This document shows, in pieces, positions 51,365 to 63,726 of a stretch of DNA of 64,000 nucleotides (positions are counted from its first letter, which is position 1; each line of letters opens with the position of its first letter). Both the position numbers and the translations under genes were made by a program. The notes beneath the pieces are model-generated. The model had not been told where the DNA came from and searched no databases. It worked only from the letters and a program-made list of their open reading frames with translations. The stretch is from Octopus sinensis. Lineage: Eukaryota. Location: positions 25,854,001-25,918,000 of the forward strand of contig NC_043014.1 in NCBI RefSeq assembly GCF_006345805.1. The letters are read 5' to 3'.

Positions 51365-51693
51365 TCAAAATATATAACAGACTGGAATTGTTAGCCCGTC
51401 TCTTGTAATTTCGATCAATTGTATCTTGTCCTCCCTCTTGTATAGAAGTGTGGATACAATCCAGCCTACCTCTACTTCTGGTAGGGGGGCATTTTTAATT
51501 TTTTTCCGGGACGTCCTACGTCCCAGATATAAAGGTAAAAATAAAATATTTCCACTTTGCAAGTTCGAGTCGAGTACTCCCTTGCACGCTCCGTTGACTC
51601 GAACCTTGCTTCTACTGTGGCGAATTTACCGCCTCTGATTAGATACCTTTCATAGTCGCACCAAGACACTTTTCGAAGGTGCTTTCCTCCATG
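51365..51693 (-). pseudogene. Fragment of a gag-like ORF1 of the same family as 1552..2112
   Basis: YLIRGGKFATVEARF…PLYLGRR…EVGWIV aligns with YVTRGKRFGTVEVSF…TYLGRR…NVGWLV. Confidence 0.7.
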
Positions 51694-53390
51694 TTATTTC
51701 TTTATTACCCACCAGGGGTTACGAAGAATGGCGGACATAACAAAACATGGGGGACATAGAACAATATGATTAAATTTATGAGCAAATGAAAATGAAAAAA
51801 TGATAATATGAAAGCGATGCTAACGGCCCCCTCCGCCAGCATCACTTACCTGTCCTTTTGTTTTCACTGTCACCTGAATGTTCATTCCCAATACGAAGAC
51901 CATCCATATCCATTCTTACTCCGAAACTGTCCTCCATATATTCCACGAATTCATCGCTCATTCTTGTATCTTTCACCTCCCAATTCTCCCTTTCACACCT
52001 CAACACAAACTCATCTATATTCTTCTTTTCCAGCACTGCATATCTGGTCCCATCCATTTCATACCATTCATACTCCTCCATTACCCTTTCAACCTCTTTC
52101 TGTTCAGTCACAATATAAATGTTCGGCCTGGGTTCGTTTTCAAACTCTTGTCTGTCTGTATTGTTATTTTTCTTTTGTTTTCTTGTTGGAGGGTAGCGGG
52201 TGGGTTCACTGTCTGCAGGGGAAGGGTGGGATTCAGAGGGTGCGGGTGGTGTTGGGGTGGGTTGGGGCTTCGCACAGTTTTTCTTTTTCTTTCTTTTTCT
52301 CTTTTTTCTTCCTTCTTCCCACTCTTGTTGCATCTCCTCTTCTTCTGTCGTTTCTTTTTCCCTTTGGTTTCTTCCTCTTTTGGGGCTTCCGCGACGATTT
52401 CCTTTTCTTTTTCCTTTAGTGGTGGAGGGCAGTAGGCTCTTATGTGACCCCTCATGCCACACTTGTAGCACCTGGGCGCCCTACCCTCCACCCACACTCT
52501 CATAATAATATTTCCAGTTTTTATACTGTCCGTAAGCTTTTCTATAACTTCCGTCTCCGTCTGTATGTTCATTACTAGTGTGGCACCTCTCACGCCTTCA
52601 TATTTCATAATGGCGTGGAGGATGTCCACTTTATCTTAATTTCCTTTGATAACCGCAGCCGTTATTAATTCGCCCTCTAGGTGTGGAGGTATTCCTTCCA
52701 CCCTAATTCTGGTGGTCCTTCTATTCAAATACGAGGGGAACAAGTAAAACTTTTCTGTACTCACCACCTTGGCTGCTATATTCCTGGCTGCTTTCTCACT
52801 TTTAAATTGTACCGTTATGGTTCCATATTCTAATCCTTTTGTCATGTACACAATTTCTTCTCCTGTCCGTTTGAAAGCCTCTTCAATTGCTTCCATGTTA
52901 ATCACTTCCATTTTTCTACCTCCATTCATAAATACTTTATATTTAATGGTTCTACGATGGAACCAGTCTCCGCGCCCTGCTAGAGGCAACAGCTCAACCT
53001 CTCCGTTCTCCTCCTCCTTCATGAACTCCTGGAAGTCCGTCAACTTAGCCAGGTCTATCTCTTTTTCTGTTGACTTCTTCGTTATACCTGCATAGGTGCT
53101 TTCCATTTTTTTCACTGCCAACTCCTCCTCAGATGTCGACGAATTTTCAGAGAAATTTCTCCCTTCCATCTCATCCGTTTGGTAGAGGCGGCTCATAGTC
53201 GCCTCAGACCGAAAAACGGCCTCCCGAACAGAAAACGTGCGACGCACAGAACCAGTGCGACGCGAAACCGCACCAACCGACGTTCCAATTCCGCAACCAC
53301 AATTCACTTTTTGTTGTTTTTCTTTTTTAACCGAATTTTACAGAGCGCAAAAAAACGCGACCTTTTTTCTCTACATTGTATACTTTATAG
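51694..53390 (-). mobile_element. Second ORF1-only (HAL1-like) element
   Basis: ORFs 52636..53307, 52108..52629 (CYKCGMRGHIRAYC) and an acidic tail ending at 51842. A short 3' UTR ends in gtaaacccctggtgggtaataaag. No EN or RT. Confidence 0.72.
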
Positions 53391-54392
53391 ACAATAGTCT
53401 TTTCTTTAATTTAATTTTTTATTATCCATCTGGACTATTCCATTTCTGCACGCTAATTTTATTTTTTATTTATTCCCATTCATGTGAAACCACTTATTCA
53501 AGTTCAAATCATTGATGCAATTTTATACCAATTGCTATTTTTACTTTTGTGATGTTACTTTAGTTTGATTTTAATTATTACTTACTACATATAATTCAAT
53601 TGTTATTATTATTTTTATTGTTAAAGTGACATAAAATAGAGAAACGTTTTTGTTTCACTTTTAACACGTAATACTGAAATAGTGGAGAAGATATGATATT
53701 GCTATGGGCTCGCTCTAGGCAAGAAGTTGAACATTTTTTTTGCCCATGAAACTACATGGACCCTAAGTAAGGCATGTGTAAAATTTGAATGGAAATGGTT
53801 GTGTAGTTCTCAAGTTTTAGGGAAACACACAGACAGACAGACAGACACACATTCTCAGTTTTATATATATAAAGATAACGAACTACAGTACGTTTCATTC
53901 ACCTACCATCATTGAAATACACTGAAAACACTCAAATTCTATGCAATATTTTCTATAAGTATTTCATTTTGTTCACTTTCTTTTTCATAATCATGATCAT
54001 TCATAATCATAATTATTATTTGAATAATCATTTGTTTAGTCGTATGCAAATTGTATGTTGAACTTTCCAAAGCAACCTTTTATTTTCTTTGTCAACTCGT
54101 ATTTTAGCATTTCACTATAAAAACTATTGAAATAGACTATTGTTTTTAACACGGATGATTCTTCAGTGAAAAACTGGAGAAGAATCGTTATTTTATTTTA
54201 TTATTTAAAAAAAAATTTAATTCCAAACCCCCTAAAATAATATTCAAATTTCTTTACGAAATCATATTTTAACGTTTACGCTAAAATAATTTGTGAAAAA
54301 ACCTTTTTGCATGCAGGTTATGCATCGCCACTCCGATGCCCTTTTTTTATTCTTTGATTCCTTAATCATTTACTTTTGCATTTATTTAAAAG

Positions 54393-54556
54393 GTACCATA
54401 ATCTTGTGGATCTATTGGCCAAGCTTCATCGGTTCAGTCGGTACAGGATTACTTCAACAGAAAATTGTTGCCAACACACTCATGTCACTCTGTGCTTCTA
54501 CAGTTGCTGTCTTCGCAGTTTCGTCTCTGGTAGATAAAAAAGGCAAACTTGAAATA
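54393..54556 (+). CDS. Rh-type ammonia transporter exon 5 (GTIILWIYWPSFIGS…NTLMSLCAS…DKKGKLEI)
   Basis: Acceptor tttatttaaaag, donor ata|gtaagt. WPSF and KGKL motifs. Confidence 0.93.
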
Positions 54557-54567
54557 GTAAGTTTCTT

Positions 54568-56264
54568 ACGTTATTTACATTTGACGGATATTTGTCCTCA
54601 TCTTATTTGTTGTTAACACAACGTTTCAGCTGATATACCCTCCAATTATTAATATTATTATTATAATTATTATTAAGATCACTGCCTGGAATCGAACTCG
54701 GAATTAGTAGCCCGCGCTGTTAACCACTACGCCATATGGAGTGAATTTTAGGGCTTATAAATCTAATATTCTCCTATCCTTCCTTAACACCGGTTCCCAT
54801 ACGCTACTCATATCTACACTCGGTCTGTTTAGGAGGTCGTTGTGCCCTAGTATATGTACTGCTTCTTTTAGTTTTCGTATTTTCCAGTGGTGTTCACTGC
54901 CTATTAACTTAACTTCATCCCACAGGGGGAGGTGGTCTCCATTTTTCCATATAAGATCAGCTATATCGGATATCAATATCTCCTGGTGTCACAGCTTTGC
55001 GATGCTCGTCCACCCTTATTTTGAGGGGGCGGCATGTTTCGCCTTTGTATATCCTACCACAACTGCATGGGATGGAGTACACGCAGTCTTTGGTCATATT
55101 CTCTTCTATTGGTGGTTTTACTCGAAAGAGATATTTTCGAAGCGTTGTATTAATCTTGAATACTGTCCTGATGTCATATGGGCCGCATATCTTTTGTACC
55201 TTTTCGGAGAGTCCTTTCACATAGGGTAGACAGACTATGGACAATTTATTGGTTTCGTCTTCTCTTTTTTTCATAATTGGAGTGGATTGTATGCTTTTGG
55301 GGTAGTTGTTGCTTAATAGATTATTATTGAGCTTGACCATTTCTTCGTGGTGGGTATTACGATCGCTACTTATATTCATTGCTCGATGTTTTAGGAACTG
55401 AGCAATCTCTTTCTTTACACTGTATCGATGGAAGTTTAGGTATCGTCCAGTGAATGTCGGCTTGCGGTATACGGATGTCCTGAATCCATACTTGGTGCGT
55501 GTTATTAATACGTCCAGGAATGTTAGCTGATTGTCTTTTTCCTTTTGCATTGTGAACTGTATAGATGGCTTTATTGAGTTCACATAATCTAACAGCGCTT
55601 GGATATCTTCCTGGTGGGGGCCAGAGTATAAAGGTGTCATCAACATATCGCAGCCGTAGTGTTGATCCTAAAGCCAAATTCTCAAAGTATTCCATGTACA
55701 TATTGGCTATTATCGGTGATAATGGCGAACTCATCGCTAAACCCTCCTCTTTTCAATATATATCAGTATCCATACTGAAGTAGGTAGTTTCTACACAGCA
55801 GGTCAATATTTCCATCAAGTTTCTTATTGGCATACTTGTGTGTTCTTTTAGATGGGTGTCTGTCATTAGTTTTTCTTGAATCACCGATAGTGCTTCACCA
55901 GTTGGGACTTTGGGGAACAGACTTATCACATCTAGACTCACCATCTGGTTGGATTCAGTGGGGGTGTCCTTGATCAATTCTGTGAAGTGGGTGGAATTCT
56001 TCACGTACAATGTTGACTTACCTGCTAATGGACTGATTATATCCACAAGAAAGTGGCTCAGTGGATGACATGCTGAACCTCTACAACTCACTATAGGTCT
56101 TAATGGAATACCATCCTTGTGAATCTTATGGAGACCGTACATGCATGGTAGTTTACTGTAGTGTTGAGTCAGGTGTCTGTACTTCATTGTGACATATGGG
56201 GTAGTTGTTAAGAGCGCGAGCTACTAAATCCAAGATTCCGAATTCGATTCCAAACAGTGACCTG

Positions 56265-56298
<34 letters not shown>

Positions 56299-56577
56299 AA
56301 AAAAAGACTCCGCCGGTTACGACGACGAGGGTCCCAGCTGATACGATCAACGGAACAGCTTGCTCGTGAAATTAACGTGCAAATGGCTGAGCATTCCACA
56401 GACACGTGTACCCTTAACGTAGTTCTCGGGGATAATCAGCGTGACAAGGCTGACCCTTTGAAATACAAGTACAACTCATTTTTGCCAGCTGAGTGGACTG
56501 GAGCGTCGCCGGGAATCGAACTCACAACCTTACGATCATGAGCCGAATGCCCTAACCACTAAGCCACGCGCCCTCAC

Positions 56578-56619
<42 letters not shown>

Positions 56620-56812
56620 ATAATAATATAATAATAATAATAATAATAATACCTTAGGAGTGAGAACCCAGGTTCGAAATTTCCCCAAGACACCTGATGA
56701 AGGCTGGAGGGTATATCAACCGAAACGGTGTGTTAACAACAAACAAGATGAGGACAAATATCCGTCAAAAGTAAATAATGTACATAATTCCTCATCTCTT
56801 AAATATAGAACC
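54568..56812 (-). mobile_element. Penelope-like insertion with inverted termini and a 14-bp TSD, in Rh intron 5
   Basis: RT (PLRPIVS, SLDVISLF, PLSPIIAN, RYVDD) and GIY-YIG (IYKGET) fragments. TSD atagtaagtttctt at 54554-54567 and 56813-56826. Confidence 0.9.
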
Positions 56813-58981
56813 ATAGTAAGTTTCTTGTTTACTTGCTTGCTTCCCTATGTCGTGATATGTTCAGATAAGTTAGACAAGACTTTGACTAGAATATTTATTG
56901 TATCAAACTTAGATTTCAAATCAGCGAAGAAGAGAAAATTAAAGAATCCAACATCTTTTTCTTCATCTATCCATCGTAACATTTACGTGTCTCTGTTCCA
57001 AGTTCCTATCCTATCCTTTCAAGATCAATTTTATCTTTTATACGATGGGACACTGTTGGGTTTCACAAAAAGTTAAACTTGATACTATAATAGTATATTT
57101 CTTTACCACCCACAAGGGGCTAAACACAGAGGGGACAAACAAGGACTGACAAACGGATTAAGTCGATTACATCGACCCCAGTACGTAACTGGTACTTAAT
57201 TTATCGACCCCGAAAGGATGAAAGGCAAAGTCGACCTCGGCAGAATTTGAACCCCGAACGTAACGGCAGACGAAATACGGCTACGCATTTCGCCCGGCGT
57301 GCTAACGCTTCTGCCAGCTCGCCGCCTTAAGCCTACTATAATAGTAGTGAAGCCCAATATGTACTGCAAAGCCTCACCGGTCTAGGTTATGTGCACGTTA
57401 TTCGATCATCATCAAGTCTAACGCAGGTAGAGAACTGGATGCTGTTATGGAAGAAGAAAACTCTATGTTGTTACGTTTATGCTCGCCCCAAAAGCATTGG
57501 TTCCTACTGCATCTGTACCGTATCTTTTGGTTGTTAACCTTTTGGCCAGCGAATTAGAGGAAATAGAAACTTTTTATGGCAACGTTAACTTTTCTATTTG
57601 CTCTTATAATGACTTCTAGTCTATGTGCATATTTTTTCTAATAGAATTTAGTTATTAGGAATCTATCCTTTATCTTACTTCTTTTAATTTTTGCAATCAT
57701 TGGGTTGCTGCCACGTGTAGCACTACCTTGAAGGATTAGTCGAACAAAATAACTCCAGTATTTATTTTCTTGAAGTCTGATACTTATTCTCTACGGTTTC
57801 CTCTACCGAACTAGAATACGGGGTCGCAAACAAACCAACACCGGTTGTCAAGCGGTGGTTACCAGGAACAAACACAAAGGCGGGCTTCCGCAGTCAAATT
57901 CCATCAACCAAATTCACTCTCAAAGCGTTGTTTGGCCAGAGCTATAGTAGAAGACTGAACTCGAAACCACTATTTCAAAAGCGAGTTTCTAACATTATTT
58001 GATCCTGTTTTGGCGATTCATCGTTATTGATCCTGTTTTGGCGATTCATCTTTAGAATATTGCTTTCGGCAAAACAACGACAATAAAAATATTTAACACC
58101 TTTATGGATGTTGTTTTGCCAAGCTTTTATCCCTTACACCTACTTTTCATGTTAATATTTGTGTAACTTTTTGTTGATTCTCATCCCTTCCCTGTTGTAT
58201 CTTCTCGTAAAAACATTTCTTTCTTCTATATGAAACTCTCTTCTTTTTTTTCCGACATAAAATATGATTTTAATTCTTTTCAATTTTGCAATGATTACTT
58301 TTATGTTTCTGAGGGCAGGTTCTTTTTCTTTCTTCTGTTTCTTTTGTACTTTTGAACATACTGACTGCTTGCTTATGTTGTTTAGAGTAACATCTAAAAA
58401 GAAAAAAAATTAAAAAGAGCCCAAAAAAAACAGGTATCGGTTGATGTGGATAGGGCAGATTTAGATAGACACATTTACAGTTGAATTCAGATGGGCAATG
58501 ACCAATAGTTTGTGAGATGAGATGGAAGTTTAGTTAGAGAGTTTCAGTTAGGGAAAGCATATATTGACTTTTCTTTCTTCAGTACTGTTGAGATTGTGTG
58601 AAGGATGAAAGATGGAATTATCTTCATTTTGAAGATTTAGTACAAATAATAATATAATAAAATGGACTCCGGTAGAAGTATCCAAAAGCCAGTGGTGATG
58701 TTTAAATCGAACGACAGATTACTATCCCCAGAACAGAATAAATATGCTTTGTGTGTTAAAAAGAAATATATCATTGGAACTGTATGGGGGTAGATTTTGT
58801 GAGAGCAGCATTTAATTAGCAATTTCGAGTAAGTGATATTGTAAAGTGATATTGTAAAGACACTGAACGTGCCACTTAGATTTTAAGTCTCATATCAGAT
58901 ACACTACTCCCAATTTGAGTAGCAGAATGCCAACTTATCTCCTTCAATAAAGATGATCAATGAATGTCTGTTCTGTTTCAG

Positions 58982-59119
58982 TCACATATCCAAAACGCTA
59001 CTCTGGCTGGCGGGGTTGTCATCAGTGCTTGTGTTGATGTTATTCAAAAACCATACCAGGCTCAGATACTCGGTTTCATCGGTGGCACAGTAAGCGTACT
59101 GGGTTTTAAGTATTTACAA
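58982..59119 (+). CDS. Rh-type ammonia transporter exon 6 (SHIQNATLAGGV…PYQAQILGFIGGTVSVLGFKYLQ)
   Basis: Acceptor ttctgtttcag, donor caa|gtaagt. HIQNATLAGGV signature. Confidence 0.95.
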
Positions 59120-59662
59120 GTAAGTAGTACTTCAATAACTTCTATATTTTACTTTCCTTCCGACGGATTCGATCACGGATCCTAAATCACCGCAAAACAG
59201 TCAACACGTTTTAATGACTTTGTTGTTAAGACATAATGAGTAATTTTGTGCGTGAGTTGCGCTTTGCATACGTGAGTGTGTTTAGTGTTGTGTGTGTTTA
59301 GTGTGTATGTGTTTAGGTGTGCATGTATATATAGGATGCTTCATAACGATGGCACCCACGATTTTAGTAAATTACAAATAAAATGTGTTCCATCAGAATG
59401 AAACTCCTTGTATTTGTGTATGTGTATAAATATACGTTGTATTTATAAATGAATGCATATGTGTGGTCTGTTGTTTGTGTGTTGTTGTAGTGTGTTATGT
59501 GTTTTGTTGTGCTAGATACATTTGTATATTTATACATTTACCTAAAGTAGAAATATACATCCGTTTGTATTTGTTTGTGTGTGTGTTTACGTGTGTAAGG
59601 GATAGTGGAGTCCAATCAGTTTAGAACCGCTGACTAATTCAACAAATCTTTAATTTTTCCAG

Positions 59663-59796
59663 CCAGTACTTTTGAAAAAAATGAAAATCCACGATACGGG
59701 TGGAGTAAACAATCTGCACGCCTTGCCAGGGATTGTGTCTGGATTAGCGGGGTTTGTGTTCGCTGTTCTAGCAACAGAGGAAAATTACGGAACACG
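59663..59796 (+). CDS. Rh-type ammonia transporter exon 7 (PVLLKKMKIHDTGGVNNLHALPG…YGT)
   Basis: Acceptor taatttttccag, donor cg|gtaagt. HDTxGxNNLH signature with the second pore His. Confidence 0.95.
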
Positions 59797-59817
59797 GTAA
59801 GTAACTTTCAACAAGAA

Positions 59818-59998
59818 TACAGGATGACCCAAAAGTAGGTTTACAATTATTCAATTATCTCTTTCGCATTCATATATTAACAGTTTAGATCTTATTTATA
59901 TAAAAAATATAAGATAGAAATTTAAATGTAATAAAATGTCTTAAAAGAAATTTAGTGACAACGTCATAACTGTAAACCTACTTTTGGACCACCCTGTA
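59818..59998. mobile_element. Tc1/mariner-type MITE
   Basis: TIRs tacaggatgacccaaaagtaggtttaca / tgtaaacctacttttggaccaccctgta with TA ends. Confidence 0.85.
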
Positions 59999-60044
59999 TA
60001 TACCCGTCTTCCTCCTCCTCCTCCTCCTCCTCTAATAAATAGAA

Positions 60045-60200
60045 AGGTACCATATAGCACATCCTGGGCCATTATAGATTCCAAGGTCTCATACCAAGGC
60101 CAGGGATCTACATGTGAACTATGCCTAAAAGAAGCCCTCCAAATATAAATACATAATTCACCGCAATTACTAAATAAACAACATGTAGCTTTCTCTACAT
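60045..60200 (+). mobile_element. Penelope GIY-YIG C-terminal remnant
   Basis: WAII…Y…CELCLKEALQI…LLNK pattern. Confidence 0.6.
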
Positions 60201-61597
60201 ATTCCCATAGGTTCTATCGCACCTTTAAAGTCTTCCCTTGGTCCAAATGCGAACAAAATCAACACGCATACACATGCATATATCTACCCATGGTCGTTAC
60301 AATATATGTACGCTTTTTTCAGTTTCATTTGAATAATTTTTAGTTCTTGTAGGTTTTAGGTTTTAGTTTTCTAGTTTGTAATTTTAAGTTTAAGTTTTAA
60401 CTTAATTATTCTAAATGACTTGAGATACTAGTTCTTCCTTGGTTTTTGCTTTTTCTTCTAATATAATATATACATGCTATAACGGAACCCTAATATGGAT
60501 CGCTAGATCGAGCCTCAGCTGCGAACTTGAAACCTAACGGAAGACCAGCTATAACACTTACTCAGAGTACCTATTCGTTTAGATCACCATTGAACTAAAT
60601 CCCTCATATATCGTTATAAAAAAACCTCCTAAAAAAAAAACCACGTAGATAGGCACACATATATACATAGATACTTGGATATGGATGTATGGATGTATGT
60701 ATGTATGGATGGATGGATGGATTTATTTATTTATTTATTTATTTATATGTGTGCATGTATGAGTGTAATGTGATGATAGTTTTTAACGCAAGCGGCCACT
60801 GAGCTAAGACGAAAGCGCAGTTTTAAATTGTTAGGCGTGGCTGTGTGCTAAGAAGTTGCTTACCAATCACATGGTTCCAGGTTCAGACCCACTACGTGGC
60901 ACATTGGGCAAGTCTCTTCTGCTATAGCCTTTGGCCGACCAAAGCCTTGTGAGTGGATTTGGTAAACGGAAACTGAAAGAAGCTCATCATATATGTGTGT
61001 GTCTTTGTGTCAGTGTTTGTCCCCCCATCATCGCTTGACAACCGGTGTTGGCCAAAGAGACCGGTAGAATAAGTACTAGGCTTAAAAAAAGTAATCCCTG
61101 GGGTCTATTTGTTCGATTAAAAACCCTTCCAGGCTGTGTTTCAGTATGGCTGCAGTAGAAATGACTGAAACAAGTAAAAGATATAAAAAAAAAAAAGTTG
61201 AGGAAAAAGCTCGTGCCCCGTGTTAAAGTAATGAACAGAATGAGCGCACACACCACAGAAATATATATAAAAAAAAGCATTATTTTAACACGGCGCACGA
61301 ACATTTTTTCCTCAACCTAATAATTTAAAAGTATGCAGTTTCCGTTAGATGAAAATTATGGACTGTATCCCGAAATTAATGGTTGTACTTTACAATCTCT
61401 GTAAACGTGAAATCCCCTAACCTGTAACGCGGGTGAAGCCTGTATAGATGTATGTATATGTGTGTGTGTGTGTATATATATATACATCCATACACATGAT
61501 GAATATGTATGTGTATGTGTGTATGTGTGTGTGTGTGTACATGTAGGGATAAATATAGAAAACAAATGTTAAATACAGAAAGAGTTGCAGAAAGATG

Positions 61598-61681
<84 letters not shown>

Positions 61682-62099
61682 GTGGAGGCAAGAATGTTTG
61701 TGTGCGTGTGAGTTTGAGGGGAAAAAAAAACTATTTTCAAGCGGACGTTCACGGTTTAAGGAAGGCAACTCTGTCATATCTCAAAAAAATATTTCTAATT
61801 ATCTCCCTTGGCATGTATCGATGTATCGCGAGATGATTTAGCACGTTTCTGTGTATATTGTGTGAGAAAGTCCGCGTATACATTAATTTACTTATTTGGA
61901 GCCAATGAACAAATCTGTACACGCATTTCTTTTCATTGTACCTTCTGGTATTATGCACATACTAAAAAATACAAATACACTCTTTTCTCCTTCCATTTTT
62001 CTATCTTTCTATCTTTTTTTCTTGCTCTCTGTACACACGCATACACACATATCCACGCCCACACATGCATATATGTATGTTTTCTCTTTTTATTTAAGG

Positions 62100-63690
62100 T
62101 CTTAAGAAAGTCCAGGCCGGTTGCTAACAAAGCAACAAATCTATTTGAGCTAAGTGAGTTCCTGGTTTTGTGGTGTTTGTAAATATGTGGCTGATTTGGT
62201 GCGTGCATCTATTCACTTAAAGAATTTCAAATTAGAGTCGTCTTTGGAATGTCTCACAAATCTTCATTGTGCCACTAATAGATTGGATTTGGAGAATCCG
62301 TGTCAGTTTCTTTTGCTCTTTGTTCGAAAAACCTGGTGTTTCTAGCTTTTTTTTTTAAAGAATCTTATTGATACATGACCTAATGCACTTATGATGATAG
62401 GTACAAATGAAAAGTTTAGTTAGGGTACAAGAGTTGTAAATTTCGCATTAATTCGCCTCAAATGTTCCCTTTTCCTTGGACCTTTGATAGTACATTCATT
62501 GATAGCATCTTGTAGACTCTTAAGGAGCAGCTGTTGATAATGTGGGTGTTATCTTCCACACTAGTATTGCAGAGCCGACATTTTTTTTATTACACCATGG
62601 GCGATTGGTAACTTCGTCCCTCTTGTTTAACAAGTATTTAGTAGCTATCTTCTGTTCCTTTTAGTTCCATGAGAGGTTACTCTTCCTGTCAATGCTGTTG
62701 TCATCTATAGTTCACAATCCATGCATTGCTTTTCGTTGTTATGATGCTTGCTTCTCCTCCAGCCTCGTTTGGATCGCATGAGAGTATTATTAGAGTAGCT
62801 GCACAGTTCTTCTCCAACACTGATGAATATACATGAAATGTACTCGTTCCTTTCTTTACTGTTCGGTAGGTGTTGTTTGAATGATACAATGTGACATTCA
62901 AAGGCTGTTTGCACTGACCTTTATGCCTCTACCGCTATCATTTTGTTCCATATATCCTATTGGTGTCGCTGTTAATGTGAAAGTTGCCAGTGATGGTTAG
63001 TATCTTTCTGGTTTTGATGTCCAAGTTGCATGTCCATTCCAATATCCCAAATTTTGTTACTAGGACTGGCACCGTAAAGCATTGTGAAATATGGTGTTGA
63101 GATAGTTCTGAGTTCCATATTTTCCGGAGTCTACAGAAGTATCACTTTTGTTATTCTGGCTTTAGTCACAGCACCAATGTATGCAACATTCTCATCGATT
63201 CCGAGATATTTTTGGTTTTCATCATTAATGATAAACAAGTCATTGATGTACATATCCCCAGTGTGACTAGTTCTAATTGTTTCTTGATGTTGATCAAGTT
63301 ACCAGGATATAACTTTAGGTTATTAACAAAGAATGCGACATTATTTTAATTAATTTTTGCATGTCCCAGCATGTAGGCTTGGCGCTTTCTTAACAGAGCA
63401 GCCAATACAAACAGCATTAAGATAAACTATCACCCTGGAATATACTTGCCCTGCAGATATAAATAACTCTTTGAAAGTCAAAGAAAAAGGATATCAATGG
63501 ACAACTGCTTCGAAACCTACAGATTTTACACCAAGACTATGAAGTCATATTTATACCAAAAATAATAATTGAAGCACTAGGTTTTGTTAGTAAATGCTTA
63601 AAGGAAAATCTGGATAAACTGGGATTTTCAGAAAGAGAAATCGACCGGCTAATTCGTACATTACAAGTGCAATCTGTGAGTGGAACAATA
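62100..63690 (-). mobile_element. Old R4/Dong-like RT remnant
   Basis: QGDSLS-like, KYLGIDE and HPHYQQ…GLLES-type motifs on the minus strand. Heavily decayed. Confidence 0.6.
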
Positions 63691-63726
63691 AAAATATGCA
63701 AGTTCCAAATGTGAATTTATCTGTGT

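Noticed and set aside
56505-56577. tRNA gene
   Set aside because: It has A and B boxes but continues into a SINE body and lacks a convincing acceptor stem. The same applies to the other SINE heads.
3459-61836. Many ORF-track entries with poly-I/Y/T/N/K or (YI)n, (HT)n, (ER)n runs
   Set aside because: They are translations of di- and trinucleotide microsatellites.
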